32,000 nt of DNA from Enterobacteriaceae endosymbiont of Donacia provostii (lineage in GTDB: Bacteria; Pseudomonadota; Gammaproteobacteria; Enterobacterales; Enterobacteriaceae), in NCBI RefSeq assembly GCF_012570145.1, contig NZ_CP046206.1, positions 32,324 to 64,323 on the forward strand, written 5' to 3'. The notes under the pieces were generated by a model that worked only from the letters and a program-made list of their open reading frames with translations, made no database searches and was not told the DNA's origin. The translations under genes and the position numbers were made by a program. Positions 10,081 through 21,013 of the stretch are shown here, piece after piece (within the stretch, counting starts at the first letter, position 1; each line of letters starts with the position of its first letter).

Positions 10081-10104
10081 AATATAATTTCTATCCTATA
10101 ATAA

Positions 10105-11217
10105 TTATTTAATAGGTTTTAATATTAATTTTAAATCTGGGCCTATTCTTTTTATATATTTAAAATAAAAATGAGGTACATTGATAATATTCATAAATGA
10201 ATTAATATTACATAAATTTAACGCTACATTACCTAATAATTTAGGAGAAAGATAAATAATTAATTCATCTATTAAATTATAAGTAATTAAAAATCCTGAT
10301 AATGTACTACCAGCTTCTATAAGTAAAGAATTTATTTCTCTACTACCTAAAATTTTAAATAAATATTTTAAATTAAAATATCCATTAATTTCAGGAACAA
10401 TAATTTGTTCTACATTATTTGGCCAATTATTAAAAGTATATTTTGATTTAATTAATAATATTTTACCTACTGATAAAATTATTTTATCATTAGGTTTAAT
10501 TTTATTTAGTCTATCCAAAATAATTCTCACAGGTTGCCTTAGTAATTTTTTAGGATAAATTTTTTTTATATTATAACTTAGTTTATTCCATTTAACTAAT
10601 AGAGTAGAATTATCTTTAACTATAGTTTTACTTGTACTTAAAATAGCAGAACTTTTAGCTCTTAATTTATGGACATCTTTTCTAGAAGTTTTTGATGATA
10701 TCCATTTACTATCTCCATTTAATAATGCAATTTTACCATCTAATGATATTGCTAATTTTAATTGTATCCAAGGTATTCCTGTATACATTCTTTTAAAAAA
10801 ACCTAAATTTAAATTTTTAGCTTCTTTTGATAAAATATTTTTTGTAATTTGAATACCTTTATTATATAAAAATTTTAATCCCTTCCCATTTACTTTAGGA
10901 TTAGGATCTTTTGTAGCAACTACAATCCGTTTAATTTTAGCTTTTACTAAAGCACAACAACAAGATGGTGTTAAATTTGAATAATTACAAGGTTCTAATG
11001 TAATATAAACTGTAGATCCTTCTGCATTATTTCCTGCCATTTTTAATGCATTAATTTCTGCATGAAATTCACCTGCTTTAAAATGATATCCTTGTCCAAT
11101 AATGTTTTTATTTTTAACAATAACACAACCTACGTTAGGATTCGGAGTAGTTGTAAAAACACCTAATTTAGCTAATTTAATAGCATGCATCATATAAAAT
11201 TTATCTATTAAATACAT
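10105..11217 (-). CDS. ribD: bifunctional riboflavin biosynthesis deaminase/reductase RibD
   Basis: 370-aa ORF. It has TTTPNPNVGCVIV, HAEINAL, LEPC..TPSCCCAL, and a reductase domain (IQLKLAISLDGK, WISS..SRKDVH.LRA). Confidence 0.93.
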   Translation of the reverse strand: MYLIDKFYMMHAIKLAKLGVFTTTPNPNVGCVIVKNKNIIGQGYHFKAGEFHAEINALKMAGNNAEGSTVYITLEPCNYSNLTPSCCCALVKAKIKRIVVATKDPNPKVNGKGLKFLYNKGIQITKNILSKEAKNLNLGFFKRMYTGIPWIQLKLAISLDGKIALLNGDSKWISSKTSRKDVHKLRAKSSAILSTSKTIVKDNSTLLVKWNKLSYNIKKIYPKKLLRQPVRIILDRLNKIKPNDKIILSVGKILLIKSKYTFNNWPNNVEQIIVPEINGYFNLKYLFKILGSREINSLLIEAGSTLSGFLITYNLIDELIIYLSPKLLGNVALNLCNINSFMNIINVPHFYFKYIKRIGPDLKLILKPIK

Positions 11218-11488
11218 AATAACCTTAAATTTATTATTTAATAATAAAATATTTAATTAATTTTCATTTATAATATTTATTATATTAAATTAATATTATA
11301 ATTATTCAAAATATAAAATTAAATAAAAAATTATAAAAATTAATTATTTATTTAAAAATAAATTTAATAAATATAAATATTTTTTCTATATTTATATATA
11401 TATTATTTTATTTGTATAAAATATATTTTTATATAAAAAAATTTTCGTTATTAATAAAAAAAAATTTATTTTAAGAGATGATATTTAT

Positions 11489-13033
11489 ATGAAAAAAAGA
11501 ATTATTTTACTAGATACCACATTACGTGATGGTGAACAATCTTTAAAATTTAATTTAACTACTAAAGAAAAAATAGAAATAGCTTTAGCGTTAGAAAAAA
11601 TGGGAATTGATATTATCGAAGTAGGATTTCCTATTTCTTCTCCAATAGACTATAAAACTTCTAAAGAATTAGCAAAAATTATAAAAAATAGTAAATTATG
11701 TGGTTTAGCAAGATGTAAAAAAAAAGATATAGATATGGTATATCATTCACTTAAAAAAACAGATAATTTTAGAATTCATATCTTTTTAGCAACTTCTCCA
11801 ATACATATAATTACAAAATTAAAAACTACATTTAATAAAGTATTAGAAAAAATATCATTTATGATTAAATATGCTCGTCAATATACTGATGATATTGAAT
11901 TTTCTTGTGAAGATGCTACACGGACACCTATTAATAATTTATGTAATGTTGTACAAACAGCAATTACTGCAGGAGCTACAACAATTAATATTCCTGATAC
12001 AGTTGGTTATATATTTCCTCAAGAATATTATAATATTATTTTAAATTTAAAAAATAAAGTAAAAAATATAGATAAATGTATTATTTCAGTACATACTCAT
12101 AATGATTTAGGAATGGCTGTAGGTAATTCTATTACTGCAATTAATGCAGGAGCTCAACAAATAGAAGGAACAATTAATGGTATAGGAGAAAGAGCTGGTA
12201 ATTGTGCTTTAGAAGAAATAATTATGGCCTTATATACAAGAAAAAAAAATATGAATTTTTATACAAATATAAATGTTCATAATATTTATTATACTAGTAA
12301 AATTGTTAGTAAAATATGTAATATTCCTATATCAATTAATAAAGCTATTGTAGGAAGTAATGCATTTTCACATTCTTCTGGTATACATCAAGATGGAATG
12401 ATAAAAAATAGAAATACTTATGAAATATTAAATCCTAAAAATATTGGTTTAAATAAAACAGAATTTAATCTTACTTCTAAATCAGGAAGAGCAGCAGTAA
12501 AATACCATATGGATTTAATGGGATATAAAGAAAATACTTATAATATTAATTTATTATATGATAATTTTATTAAATTAGCTGACAAAAAAGGTCAAGTTTT
12601 TAATTATGATTTAGAATCATTAGCTTTTAATAGTTTAAAAGATAATAATACAGAATATTTTTCTTTAAAATATTTTAACGTTGAATCTAATTCACATTTA
12701 TCTATCGCTACAATAAAATTACAATGTGGTAAAGTGATTAAACTAGAATCAGCAACAGGTTTAGGTGCTGTTAATGCAATATATAAAACTATAATTAGAA
12801 TAACAAATTATAATATAAAATTAATTAATTACATTTTAAAAGCTAAAAGTCATACTGAAAAATCTATAGGAGAAGTAAACATAAAAATAAAATATAAAAC
12901 AAAAATATTTAATGGAATTGGTTTTTCTAAAGATATTATAAAAGCTTCAGTAATAGCAATTATTAATTGTCTCAATAGTATATGGAGATCAAATCAAGTA
13001 CAAAAAAATATTTTAAAAATTAATCAATCTTAA
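11489..13033 (+). CDS. leuA: 2-isopropylmalate synthase
   Basis: 514-aa ORF with DTTLRDGEQS, HTHNDLGMAV and SGIHQDG, plus a C-terminal LeuA regulatory domain of normal length. Confidence 0.96.
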   Translation: MKKRIILLDTTLRDGEQSLKFNLTTKEKIEIALALEKMGIDIIEVGFPISSPIDYKTSKELAKIIKNSKLCGLARCKKKDIDMVYHSLKKTDNFRIHIFLATSPIHIITKLKTTFNKVLEKISFMIKYARQYTDDIEFSCEDATRTPINNLCNVVQTAITAGATTINIPDTVGYIFPQEYYNIILNLKNKVKNIDKCIISVHTHNDLGMAVGNSITAINAGAQQIEGTINGIGERAGNCALEEIIMALYTRKKNMNFYTNINVHNIYYTSKIVSKICNIPISINKAIVGSNAFSHSSGIHQDGMIKNRNTYEILNPKNIGLNKTEFNLTSKSGRAAVKYHMDLMGYKENTYNINLLYDNFIKLADKKGQVFNYDLESLAFNSLKDNNTEYFSLKYFNVESNSHLSIATIKLQCGKVIKLESATGLGAVNAIYKTIIRITNYNIKLINYILKAKSHTEKSIGEVNIKIKYKTKIFNGIGFSKDIIKASVIAIINCLNSIWRSNQVQKNILKINQS

Positions 13034-13048
13034 AATGTAGAGATAATT

Positions 13049-14134
13049 ATGTCAAATATATTTAAAATAGCTGTGTTACCAGGAGATGGTATTGGTCCTG
13101 AAGTAATGAAACAAGCAATTAAAGTATTAGAAAAAATTCAAAAATATATAAAAAAAAAAATAATTATTGATACCTATTATATAGGAGGAAGTGCAATTAA
13201 TAAATTTGATGATCCATTACCCAAAATAACATTAAATGGTTGTGAAAAATCTGATGCCATATTATTAGGATCAGTAGGAGGGCCAGAATGGGATTATTTA
13301 CCTTTAAATAAAAGACCTGAAAAAGGTTCATTATTAAAATTAAGAAAATATTTTAATTTATTTGTAAATTTACGTCCTTCTTTTTGTTATAAGAACTTAA
13401 GTATTTTAAGTCCTTTAAAAGAAAAAATTTTAAATAAAGGATTTAATATTATTTGTATTAGAGAATTAATAGGTGGTATATATTTTGGATTAAATGGTAG
13501 AAAAGGTAATGGAAAAAATGAATATGCATTTGATACTGAAACTTATTCAAGATTTGAGATAGAAAGAATTGCACATATTGCTTTTAATATAGCTTTAAAA
13601 AGAAAAAAAAAAATTTGTTCTATTGATAAAGCAAATGTTTTACAAACTTCCATATTATGGAGAGAAGTTGTAACAGAAATATCTAAAAAATATAAATCAG
13701 TTAAATTACAACATATGTATATTGATAATGCTGTTATGCAATTAATAAAAAATCCTTCACAATTTGATGTTATATTATGTCCAAATTTATTTGGAGATAT
13801 AATTTCAGATCAATGTGCAGTCATTACTGGATCAATAGGTAATTTACCTTCAGCTAGTTTTAATCAAAATTATTTTGGTTTATATGAACCTGCTGGAGGA
13901 TCAGCTCCTGATATTGCTGGAAAAAATATAGCTAATCCTATTGCACAAATTTTATCATTAGCAATGTTAATTAAATTTTCTTTAAAAGAAGAAAAAATAT
14001 ATATAAAAATTAAAAATGCTATTCAAAAAATTTTAAATTTAGGTTATAGAACTAAAGATTTATCTATAAACAATTCTAAAGAAAAAATAGTTACAACTGA
14101 TGATATAGGCACATTAATTATAGAATCAATTTAA
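13049..14134 (+). CDS. leuB: 3-isopropylmalate dehydrogenase
   Basis: 361-aa ORF nearly colinear with E. coli LeuB ([71 protein letters not shown]). Confidence 0.96.
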   Translation: MSNIFKIAVLPGDGIGPEVMKQAIKVLEKIQKYIKKKIIIDTYYIGGSAINKFDDPLPKITLNGCEKSDAILLGSVGGPEWDYLPLNKRPEKGSLLKLRKYFNLFVNLRPSFCYKNLSILSPLKEKILNKGFNIICIRELIGGIYFGLNGRKGNGKNEYAFDTETYSRFEIERIAHIAFNIALKRKKKICSIDKANVLQTSILWREVVTEISKKYKSVKLQHMYIDNAVMQLIKNPSQFDVILCPNLFGDIISDQCAVITGSIGNLPSASFNQNYFGLYEPAGGSAPDIAGKNIANPIAQILSLAMLIKFSLKEEKIYIKIKNAIQKILNLGYRTKDLSINNSKEKIVTTDDIGTLIIESI

Positions 14135-14147
14135 TATGGTAATAAAG

Positions 14148-15545
14148 ATGGGAAAAACATTATACGAAAAAATATATGATAGACATATTATTTGTAATAT
14201 AAAAAATAATATGAATTTATTATATATTGATAGACATTTTATTCATGAAGTAACTTCTCCTCAAGCATTTGAGGGTTTAAGAAATAGAAATAGAAAAGTT
14301 TATAGATCAGAAAAAACATTTGCAACAATGGATCATAATGTTTCTACAAAAGTTAAAGATATTAATGCTTCTGGAAATATAGCAAAAAAACAAATGGAAA
14401 AACTTATTCAAAATTGTCAAGAATTTAATATAAAATTATATGATCTTTATCATCCTCTACAAGGAATAGTGCATGTTATAGGTCCTGAACAAGGTATTAC
14501 ATTACCAGGTATGGTTATTGTATGTGGTGATTCACATACTTCAACACATGGAGCATTTGGTTCATTAGCTTTTGGTATTGGAACTTCAGAAGTAGAACAT
14601 GTTTTAGCTACTCAAACTTTAAAACAAAATCGTGCTAAAAATATGATAATCAATATTATTGGTAATATACCTATCAATATTACAGCAAAAGATATTATTT
14701 TATCAATTATTAAAAAAGTAGGTGTTAGTGGAGGTAATGGATATATTATTGAATATAGTGGTAATATTATCAAACAATTAAGTATGGAATCTAGAATGAC
14801 ATTATGTAATATGTCTATTGAAATGGGAGCTAAAGCAGGATTAATTGCACCAGATAATATTACTTTACAATATTTAAAAAATAAAAAATTTACTCCTAAA
14901 AAAAAATTATGGGTACAAGCAAAAAAATATTGGAAAACATTATATAGTGACTATGACGCTAAATTTGATAAAGTTATTAATATTGATATTTCAAAATTAA
15001 CACCTCAAATTTCTTGGGGTACTAATCCAGAACAAACTATAGGTATAAATGAACGTATACCTTTAATTAATTCTTATAAAGATATGAATAAAAGAAAATT
15101 AGCTATTAAAGCATTAAAATATATGGATTTATATGAAGGTAAAAAATTAATTAATATAAAAATTAATAAAGTTTTTATTGGATCTTGTACAAATTCAAGA
15201 ATTGAAGATTTAAGATCTGCTGCAAATATTCTTATAGGTAAAAAAGTTGCTCATCATGTTAAAGCTATAGTTGTCCCTGGTTCTAATATGGTAAAAAAAC
15301 AAGCAGAACAAGAAGGATTAGATAAAATTTTTAAAAATGCTGGTTTTGAATGGAGATATTCAGGTTGTTCTATGTGTTTAGCTATGAATGGTGATAAATT
15401 AAAATCTGGTGAAAGATGTGCATCTACTAGTAATAGAAATTTTGAAGGACGTCAAGGACGTAATAGTAGAACTCATTTAGTAAGTCCTATTATAGCGGCT
15501 ATAACAGCTATATATGGTTATTTTATTAATATTAACTCTTTATAA
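14148..15545 (+). CDS. leuC: 3-isopropylmalate dehydratase large subunit
   Basis: The ORF track begins at 14136 (MVIKMGKT..). The second ATG at 14148 gives [13 protein letters not shown], colinear with E. coli MAKTLYEKLFDAH. The Fe-S ligand motifs GSCTNSR and CSMCLAMN are present, as is [12 protein letters not shown]. Confidence 0.94.
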   Translation: MGKTLYEKIYDRHIICNIKNNMNLLYIDRHFIHEVTSPQAFEGLRNRNRKVYRSEKTFATMDHNVSTKVKDINASGNIAKKQMEKLIQNCQEFNIKLYDLYHPLQGIVHVIGPEQGITLPGMVIVCGDSHTSTHGAFGSLAFGIGTSEVEHVLATQTLKQNRAKNMIINIIGNIPINITAKDIILSIIKKVGVSGGNGYIIEYSGNIIKQLSMESRMTLCNMSIEMGAKAGLIAPDNITLQYLKNKKFTPKKKLWVQAKKYWKTLYSDYDAKFDKVINIDISKLTPQISWGTNPEQTIGINERIPLINSYKDMNKRKLAIKALKYMDLYEGKKLINIKINKVFIGSCTNSRIEDLRSAANILIGKKVAHHVKAIVVPGSNMVKKQAEQEGLDKIFKNAGFEWRYSGCSMCLAMNGDKLKSGERCASTSNRNFEGRQGRNSRTHLVSPIIAAITAIYGYFININSL

Positions 15546-15555
15546 AAAATAAATT

Positions 15556-16155
15556 ATGAAAAAAAATTTTTATTATAATGGTATTATAGTTCCATTAGAT
15601 ATTTCTAATATCGATACAGATGTTATTATACCAAAACAATTTTTACAAAAAAATAATAAAAAAGGATTTGGTAAAAATTTATTTTATAATTGGAGATATT
15701 TAAATGGTAAAAATAATATCATTAATCCGAATTTTATTTTAAATAAAAAAGAATTTCAAAATGCTAAAATTTTATTAACTAAAGAAAATTTTGGTTGTGG
15801 TTCTTCAAGAGAACATGCACCATGGGCATTATTAGATTATGGTTTTCATACTATTATTTCTTCTAGTTATGCAGATATATTTTATAATAATGCAATTAAT
15901 AATAAATTATTATTAATTACTTTAGAAAAAAATATTATTGAAAAATTATTTTCTATTGTTAAAAAATTTCCTGGAATCTTTTGTTATATAAATTTAATTA
16001 ATAAAAAAATTACTTTAAATAATCAATCTTTTACATTTAAAATGAAAAAAGATATAATTAATTTTATTACCAATAAATTAGATCAAATAGATTTAACTAT
16101 GAAGTATTCTAAAGAAATTAATATATTTGAAAAAAAATATTTTACATTTTTTTAA
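15556..16155 (+). CDS. leuD: 3-isopropylmalate dehydratase small subunit
   Basis: 199-aa ORF with DTDVIIPKQFL and NFGCGSSREHAPWAL. It sits at the end of the leuABCD order. Confidence 0.93.
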   Translation: MKKNFYYNGIIVPLDISNIDTDVIIPKQFLQKNNKKGFGKNLFYNWRYLNGKNNIINPNFILNKKEFQNAKILLTKENFGCGSSREHAPWALLDYGFHTIISSSYADIFYNNAINNKLLLITLEKNIIEKLFSIVKKFPGIFCYINLINKKITLNNQSFTFKMKKDIINFITNKLDQIDLTMKYSKEINIFEKKYFTFF

Positions 16156-16172
16156 AATGAGAAAATAATTAA

Positions 16173-16838
16173 ATGCGTATTATTTTATTAGGACCTCCTG
16201 GAGTAGGAAAGGGGACTTATGCTAGATTTATATCTGAAAAATATAATTTAGCTAATATTTCTATAGGTAATATGATAAGAAATTTTTTATTAAATAATAA
16301 TGATTTATTATTAACTAAAAAATTGAGTAATTTTATTAATAAAGGAAATATGATTCCTGATCACATAACTTTTAAAATTATGAAAACAAGATTGTCAAAT
16401 ATAGATTGTAATAAAGGTTTTTTATTAGATGGTTTTCCTAGAAATATTGTACAAGCCCATATTTTAAAAAGAGAAAAAATTCATATTAATATAATTTTAG
16501 AATTATATGTTCCAAATAATGAAATTATTAAAAGAATTATAGGTAGAAGAATACATTTACCTTCAGGAAGAACTTATCATATAGTTTTTAATCCTCCTAA
16601 AATTAAAAATAGAGATGATATTACTGGAGAAAAATTAATTACTAGAACAGATGATAATATTATAACTATTAATAATCGTTTAAAAGAATATTTAAAACAA
16701 ACTAAACCATTAATTAAATATTATAAAAAAAAATTTGTAAAAAAAAATTTTTTATATAAAAAGATTAATAATACGACTTCTATAAAAGAAGTACAAAATA
16801 AAATAGATAAAATTTTAAAAAATTTTAAAAAATTTTAA
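16173..16838 (+). CDS. adk: adenylate kinase
   Basis: 221-aa ORF. MRIILLGPPGVGKGT (P-loop), GFLLDGFPRN and the LID segment GRRIHLPSGRTYHIVFNPPK are colinear with E. coli Adk. The C-terminus runs a few residues past the E. coli ..KILG end, into a tandem repeat. Confidence 0.95.
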   Translation: MRIILLGPPGVGKGTYARFISEKYNLANISIGNMIRNFLLNNNDLLLTKKLSNFINKGNMIPDHITFKIMKTRLSNIDCNKGFLLDGFPRNIVQAHILKREKIHINIILELYVPNNEIIKRIIGRRIHLPSGRTYHIVFNPPKIKNRDDITGEKLITRTDDNIITINNRLKEYLKQTKPLIKYYKKKFVKKNFLYKKINNTTSIKEVQNKIDKILKNFKKF

Positions 16839-16840
16839 AA
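16811..16840. repeat. perfect tandem repeat (aattttaaaa) x3 spanning the adk C-terminus and stop codon
   Basis: Read directly: 16811-16820, 16821-16830 and 16831-16840 are identical 10-mers. The adk stop TAA (16836-16838) lies in the third copy. Confidence 0.9.
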
Positions 16841-16879
16841 TAAAAAAAAATAATTTTTATAAATTATAAATTTTTTGTA

Positions 16880-16895
16880 TTGTAAATATTTACAA
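16880..16895. repeat. perfect 16-bp palindrome ttgtaaat|atttacaa in the adk-dapA spacer
   Basis: All 8 base pairs checked position by position. A tataat hexamer follows at 16901-16906. Its function is unknown (operator, promoter or weak hairpin). Confidence 0.75.
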
Positions 16896-16983
16896 AATAG
16901 TATAATTATAATAATTTGTTTATTTATTTTAAATTTGATATTATTATTAAATCTTAAATATAAATAGTATGGATTATAATCTA

Positions 16984-17862
16984 ATGTTTACGGGAAGTAT
17001 TGTAGCACTTATAACTCCAATGGATATTAATGGTAATATTTGTAAAAAAAGTTTTAAAAAACTTATTGATTATCATATTAGTAGTGGTACTAAAGCTATT
17101 GTTATTATGGGGACAACGGGAGAATCTTCTACGTTTACCTATAAAGAACGTATAAGTATCATAATGTATGCATTAGATTTAGCTCAAGATAAAATACCTA
17201 TTATAGCAGGTACGGGATTTAATTCAACATCTAAAAGTATATCTATGATATCTGATTTAGAAAATTCAGGTATTATTGGATGTTTAAATGTAACTCCATA
17301 TTATAATCGTCCTACTCAAGATGGTTTGTATCAACATTTTAAAAAAATAGCTAATAGTACAAAATTGCCTCAAATATTATATAATGTTCCATCACGTACT
17401 GGATGTGATTTATTACCAGAAACTATATATAAACTTTCAGAAATTAATAATATTATAGGTATTAAAGAAGCTACTGGAGATTTATCTCGTGTTAATAAAA
17501 TTAAAAATTTAATTAAAAAGAAATTTTTTTTAATTAGTGGAGATGATAAAACTGCATTAGACTTTATGTTATTAGGTGGTGATGGAATTATTTCTGTAAC
17601 AGCTAATATTGCAGCTTTAGAAATGAAAACTTTTTATGATTGTATAAAAAACAATAATTTTTTTCAAGCAAAAAAAATAAATCAACACTTAAATATATTA
17701 CATCATCAACTATTTATTGAAACTAACCCTATACCAGTTAAATGGGTAGCAAAAAGATTAGGATTAATTTTTAGTGATAAAATGAGACTTCCCATGACTC
17801 CACTAAAAAAATGTAATCAAAAAATTTTAGAAATAACATTAAAAAAATTAAAACTAATATAA
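16984..17862 (+). CDS. dapA: 4-hydroxy-tetrahydrodipicolinate synthase
   Basis: The ORF track begins at 16969. The ATG at 16984 gives [14 protein letters not shown], colinear with E. coli [14 protein letters not shown]. It has [21 protein letters not shown] and the active-site Lys context IIGIKEATG. Confidence 0.93.
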   Translation: MFTGSIVALITPMDINGNICKKSFKKLIDYHISSGTKAIVIMGTTGESSTFTYKERISIIMYALDLAQDKIPIIAGTGFNSTSKSISMISDLENSGIIGCLNVTPYYNRPTQDGLYQHFKKIANSTKLPQILYNVPSRTGCDLLPETIYKLSEINNIIGIKEATGDLSRVNKIKNLIKKKFFLISGDDKTALDFMLLGGDGIISVTANIAALEMKTFYDCIKNNNFFQAKKINQHLNILHHQLFIETNPIPVKWVAKRLGLIFSDKMRLPMTPLKKCNQKILEITLKKLKLI

Positions 17863-19929
17863 TCTACTTAAATTATTTATTTTTAACATAAAATTTTTAA
17901 TTTTACTTAGTATTAAAATTCTGTTTCTTTTAATTTCATTATTTTTATGATTAATCGTTACTTTTTCAAAAAAATTATTTACAGGATAAAATAATTCAGA
18001 TAATATTAGTAATATTTTATAAAATTCTTTATTTTTTATTTTATATTTTATAATTTTAGATAATTTACGTATATGATTAAATAATGTAAATTCTTCTTTA
18101 TATTTTAATAAATAAATATTAATATTAGTATTAGTATTTATATTTGTATCATTTTTTAATAACATTTTATTAATTCTTTTATAAGTTAAAATTAAAAGTT
18201 TACTTTGTTTTTTTTCAATTTTGAAAAACATATCTAAAATTTTTATTTTACAATCCAAAATTAATAAATTATCTTTTTTATTATCTATAACAGATAAAAT
18301 AATATTTTTTTTATAACCTAAAGATATATACCAATTCTGACATCTTTTATATATAAAAGATAATATACTAATTATATTTTCTTTTTTGTAAAAATTATTC
18401 TTTTTATTATATAATGATAAACTTAAAATAATAATTTTAACTAAATTAATTTGTAATTTATTATTAATTATAATACGTATAATAAATAAAGTAATATTTT
18501 TTATAGCATAAGGATCTTTATCACCTTTAGGAATTAAAGGTATACTTAAAATACCTACTATAGTATCTATTTTATCCGCAATAAATAAAATACAAGAAAT
18601 AATATTTGTAGGTATTAAATCATTTTTTTTATATTGATACTGTTCTTTTATAGCTATAATAACATCTGGATTTTCTTTATTATATTTAGCATAATACATA
18701 CCAATTAAACCTTGTAATTCTGGAAATTCATAAAACATTTGTGTAGCTAAATCACATTTAGATAATCTACTTGCTCTAATACAATTTAAATAATTAACAT
18801 TTGGAATTTTCTTAGCAATATATTTAGATATAATTTCAATACGAATAGTTTTTTCAAATAAATTACCTAATTTTTTTTGAAAAATAATATTTTTTAATTT
18901 TTCTAAAAAATTTTCAAATTTTATTTTTAAATCATTTTTTAAAAAAAACTTAATATCCTCAAATTTTGAAATTAGTACTTTTTCATTACTATTAATAATC
19001 ATTTGATGATTTTTTGTTTCTATATTTGTTAATATAATAAAATAAGGTAATAAATTATTTTTTTTATCATATAAGGGAATATATCTCTGATATTTTATCA
19101 TTATATATTCTAATATTTTTGATGGTAAAATTAAAAATTTTTTATTAAATTTTCCTATTAAAAGTACAGGCCATTCAACCATAGAAGTTAATTCTTCTAA
19201 AAAAAAATTATTAATTTTTACAATTGCATTTAAATTATTTGTAATTTTTTTTAAATTATTAATAATAATATTTTTACGCTTTATAAAATCAACAATAATT
19301 TTACCTTTTTTAAATAATAAATTTTCATATTCTTTGGCATTTTTTAAAATAATTTTTCGGTTACACATAAATCTATGTCCTTGAATAATATTATTAGATT
19401 TAATATTTAAAAATTTTTGTTTTAAATTTTCTGTACCAAGAACATATACTATATTTCTTATAGGTCTAATAAATTTAAATATATTTTTTTCCCAATACAT
19501 AAAATTTGGAAAAGAATTAATTTTTTTTAAAGAATTTATTAACATAATAGATAATAAGTTTTTAATATGTAGTTTTTTATTTTTTTTTTGATAAAAAATA
19601 TAATTATTTTTAAAAAATATATGATTTTTATTTGAAATATTAAATTTTTTCATCCAAAGTTTTACTTTTTGATTTATAAAAATTTCTTTTTTATTATTTA
19701 TAAATGGACCTTTAATTATATAATTAGATTGATTTTGTATTAAGTTTAATAAATGTATTTTTATAGCAATACGTCTTAAAGTACAAAAAAATTTTATTTT
19801 TTTATATATAAAAAAATTATTTTTTAATTCGTTTTTAAAATTTTTTAAAACTATTTGAGATAATTTTAATAAATAATTAGCTGGTATTTCTTCTATACTT
19901 ATTTCTAATAATAAAATATTATTATCCAT
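17854..19929 (-). CDS. glyS: glycine--tRNA ligase beta subunit
   Basis: 691-aa ORF directly downstream of glyQ. The N-terminus [16 protein letters not shown] resembles E. coli FLVEIGTEELPPKAL, and the length matches E. coli (about 689 aa). The sequence is very Asn/Ile/Lys-rich and divergent. The stop codon is TAG. Confidence 0.9.
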   Translation of the reverse strand: MDNNILLLEISIEEIPANYLLKLSQIVLKNFKNELKNNFFIYKKIKFFCTLRRIAIKIHLLNLIQNQSNYIIKGPFINNKKEIFINQKVKLWMKKFNISNKNHIFFKNNYIFYQKKNKKLHIKNLLSIMLINSLKKINSFPNFMYWEKNIFKFIRPIRNIVYVLGTENLKQKFLNIKSNNIIQGHRFMCNRKIILKNAKEYENLLFKKGKIIVDFIKRKNIIINNLKKITNNLNAIVKINNFFLEELTSMVEWPVLLIGKFNKKFLILPSKILEYIMIKYQRYIPLYDKKNNLLPYFIILTNIETKNHQMIINSNEKVLISKFEDIKFFLKNDLKIKFENFLEKLKNIIFQKKLGNLFEKTIRIEIISKYIAKKIPNVNYLNCIRASRLSKCDLATQMFYEFPELQGLIGMYYAKYNKENPDVIIAIKEQYQYKKNDLIPTNIISCILFIADKIDTIVGILSIPLIPKGDKDPYAIKNITLFIIRIIINNKLQINLVKIIILSLSLYNKKNNFYKKENIISILSFIYKRCQNWYISLGYKKNIILSVIDNKKDNLLILDCKIKILDMFFKIEKKQSKLLILTYKRINKMLLKNDTNINTNTNINIYLLKYKEEFTLFNHIRKLSKIIKYKIKNKEFYKILLILSELFYPVNNFFEKVTINHKNNEIKRNRILILSKIKNFMLKINNLSRLY

Positions 19930-19958
19930 AAAATTATATTACCTAATTATTAAGAATT

Positions 19959-20837
19959 TTAATTTATAAGATTATGATATTTTATCATAATTAATTTAGT
20001 CATATTATGTAATTTTAAAATATATCTTTGTCTTTCTGTATGAGATAAAAATTTATGTGCTTCTAATAAATTAAAACAATGTGAGGCTTTTAAAAGTTTT
20101 TCATATGCAGGAAAAATTAATGGTTTTTTTAATTTTAATAAAATATCAATTTCTTTTTCATATTGTTTAAAACATAAACTAATAAAATTAACATCTGTAT
20201 ATTCAAAATTATAAGTAGATTGTTCAAATTCATTTTGATAAAAAAAATCACCATAAGTAATAAATTTATTATTATGTTTATACCATATAATTTGAAAAAT
20301 ATTATCTACATTTTGTAAATGCATAGCTAGTCTTTCTAAACCATAAGTAATTTCTCCTGTAATTGGATTGCAATCTATTCCACCCATTTTTTGAAAATAT
20401 GTAAATTGTGTAATTTCAATACCATTTAACCATATTTCCCAACCAATTCCATACGCACCTAGAGAAGGATTTTCCCAATTATCATCTATAAATTTAATAT
20501 CATTATTTTTTAAATCTAATTTTAATATTTCTAAAGATTTAAAATATAAATCTTGAAAATTATAAGGTGGGGGTTTCATAATAACTTGAAATTGATAATA
20601 TTGTTGTAATCTATTAGAGTTATGAGTATATCTACCATCAGATGGTCTTCTACATAATTGTATATAAGTTATTTTTATTGGTTTACTACCTATAGTATAC
20701 AAACAAGTCATTGGATGAGATGTTGCTGCTCCTACTTCTATATCAATTGGTTGAATAATACTACAACCTTGTTGAGACCAAAAATTTTGTAAAATTAAAA
20801 TCATACCTTGAAATGTTTTTTCATTAAATGTTTTCAT
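19959..20837 (-). CDS. glyQ: glycine--tRNA ligase alpha subunit
   Basis: 292-aa ORF, highly conserved ([50 protein letters not shown]). Confidence 0.96.
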   Translation of the reverse strand: MKTFNEKTFQGMILILQNFWSQQGCSIIQPIDIEVGAATSHPMTCLYTIGSKPIKITYIQLCRRPSDGRYTHNSNRLQQYYQFQVIMKPPPYNFQDLYFKSLEILKLDLKNNDIKFIDDNWENPSLGAYGIGWEIWLNGIEITQFTYFQKMGGIDCNPITGEITYGLERLAMHLQNVDNIFQIIWYKHNNKFITYGDFFYQNEFEQSTYNFEYTDVNFISLCFKQYEKEIDILLKLKKPLIFPAYEKLLKASHCFNLLEAHKFLSHTERQRYILKLHNMTKLIMIKYHNLIN

Positions 20838-21013
20838 ATTTTAAATGTATTAAATTTTCTATTCTAACATAATTATTATATATTATTTAATATGCAAGAT
20901 ATAAATTAAAATTTAACATATTTTTGTATATAAAAAAATAATGTTAAAATAATTTATTATTAATTAAATTTAAAATTAAATAATTTTATTAAAAATAATA
21001 AAAGGAATTAATT

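Noticed and set aside
4989-11488. The two longest spacers (4989-5259 and 11218-11488) are both exactly 271 bp
   Set aside because: I compared the two by eye and saw no sequence similarity. The equal length looks coincidental.
11478-11492. Tiny upstream ORF (MIFI-stop) overlapping the leuA start, considered as a leu leader peptide
   Set aside because: It has no Leu codons and no associated terminator or antiterminator structure, and four codons are expected by chance.
14136-14147. Upstream ATG for leuC (MVIK extension)
   Set aside because: The second ATG at 14148 matches E. coli MAKTLYEK exactly in register. The upstream start cannot be excluded but is less likely.
16969-16983. Upstream ATG for dapA (MDYNL extension)
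   Set aside because: The ATG at 16984 gives MFTGSIVA, identical in register to E. coli DapA. The upstream start is possible but unsupported.
18118-18146. Quasi-repeat tattag/tattta hexamers in glyS (peptide [11 protein letters not shown])
   Set aside because: It is an imperfect low-complexity Asn/Thr/Ile stretch typical of A/T-driven drift in a divergent protein region, not a defined repeat element.
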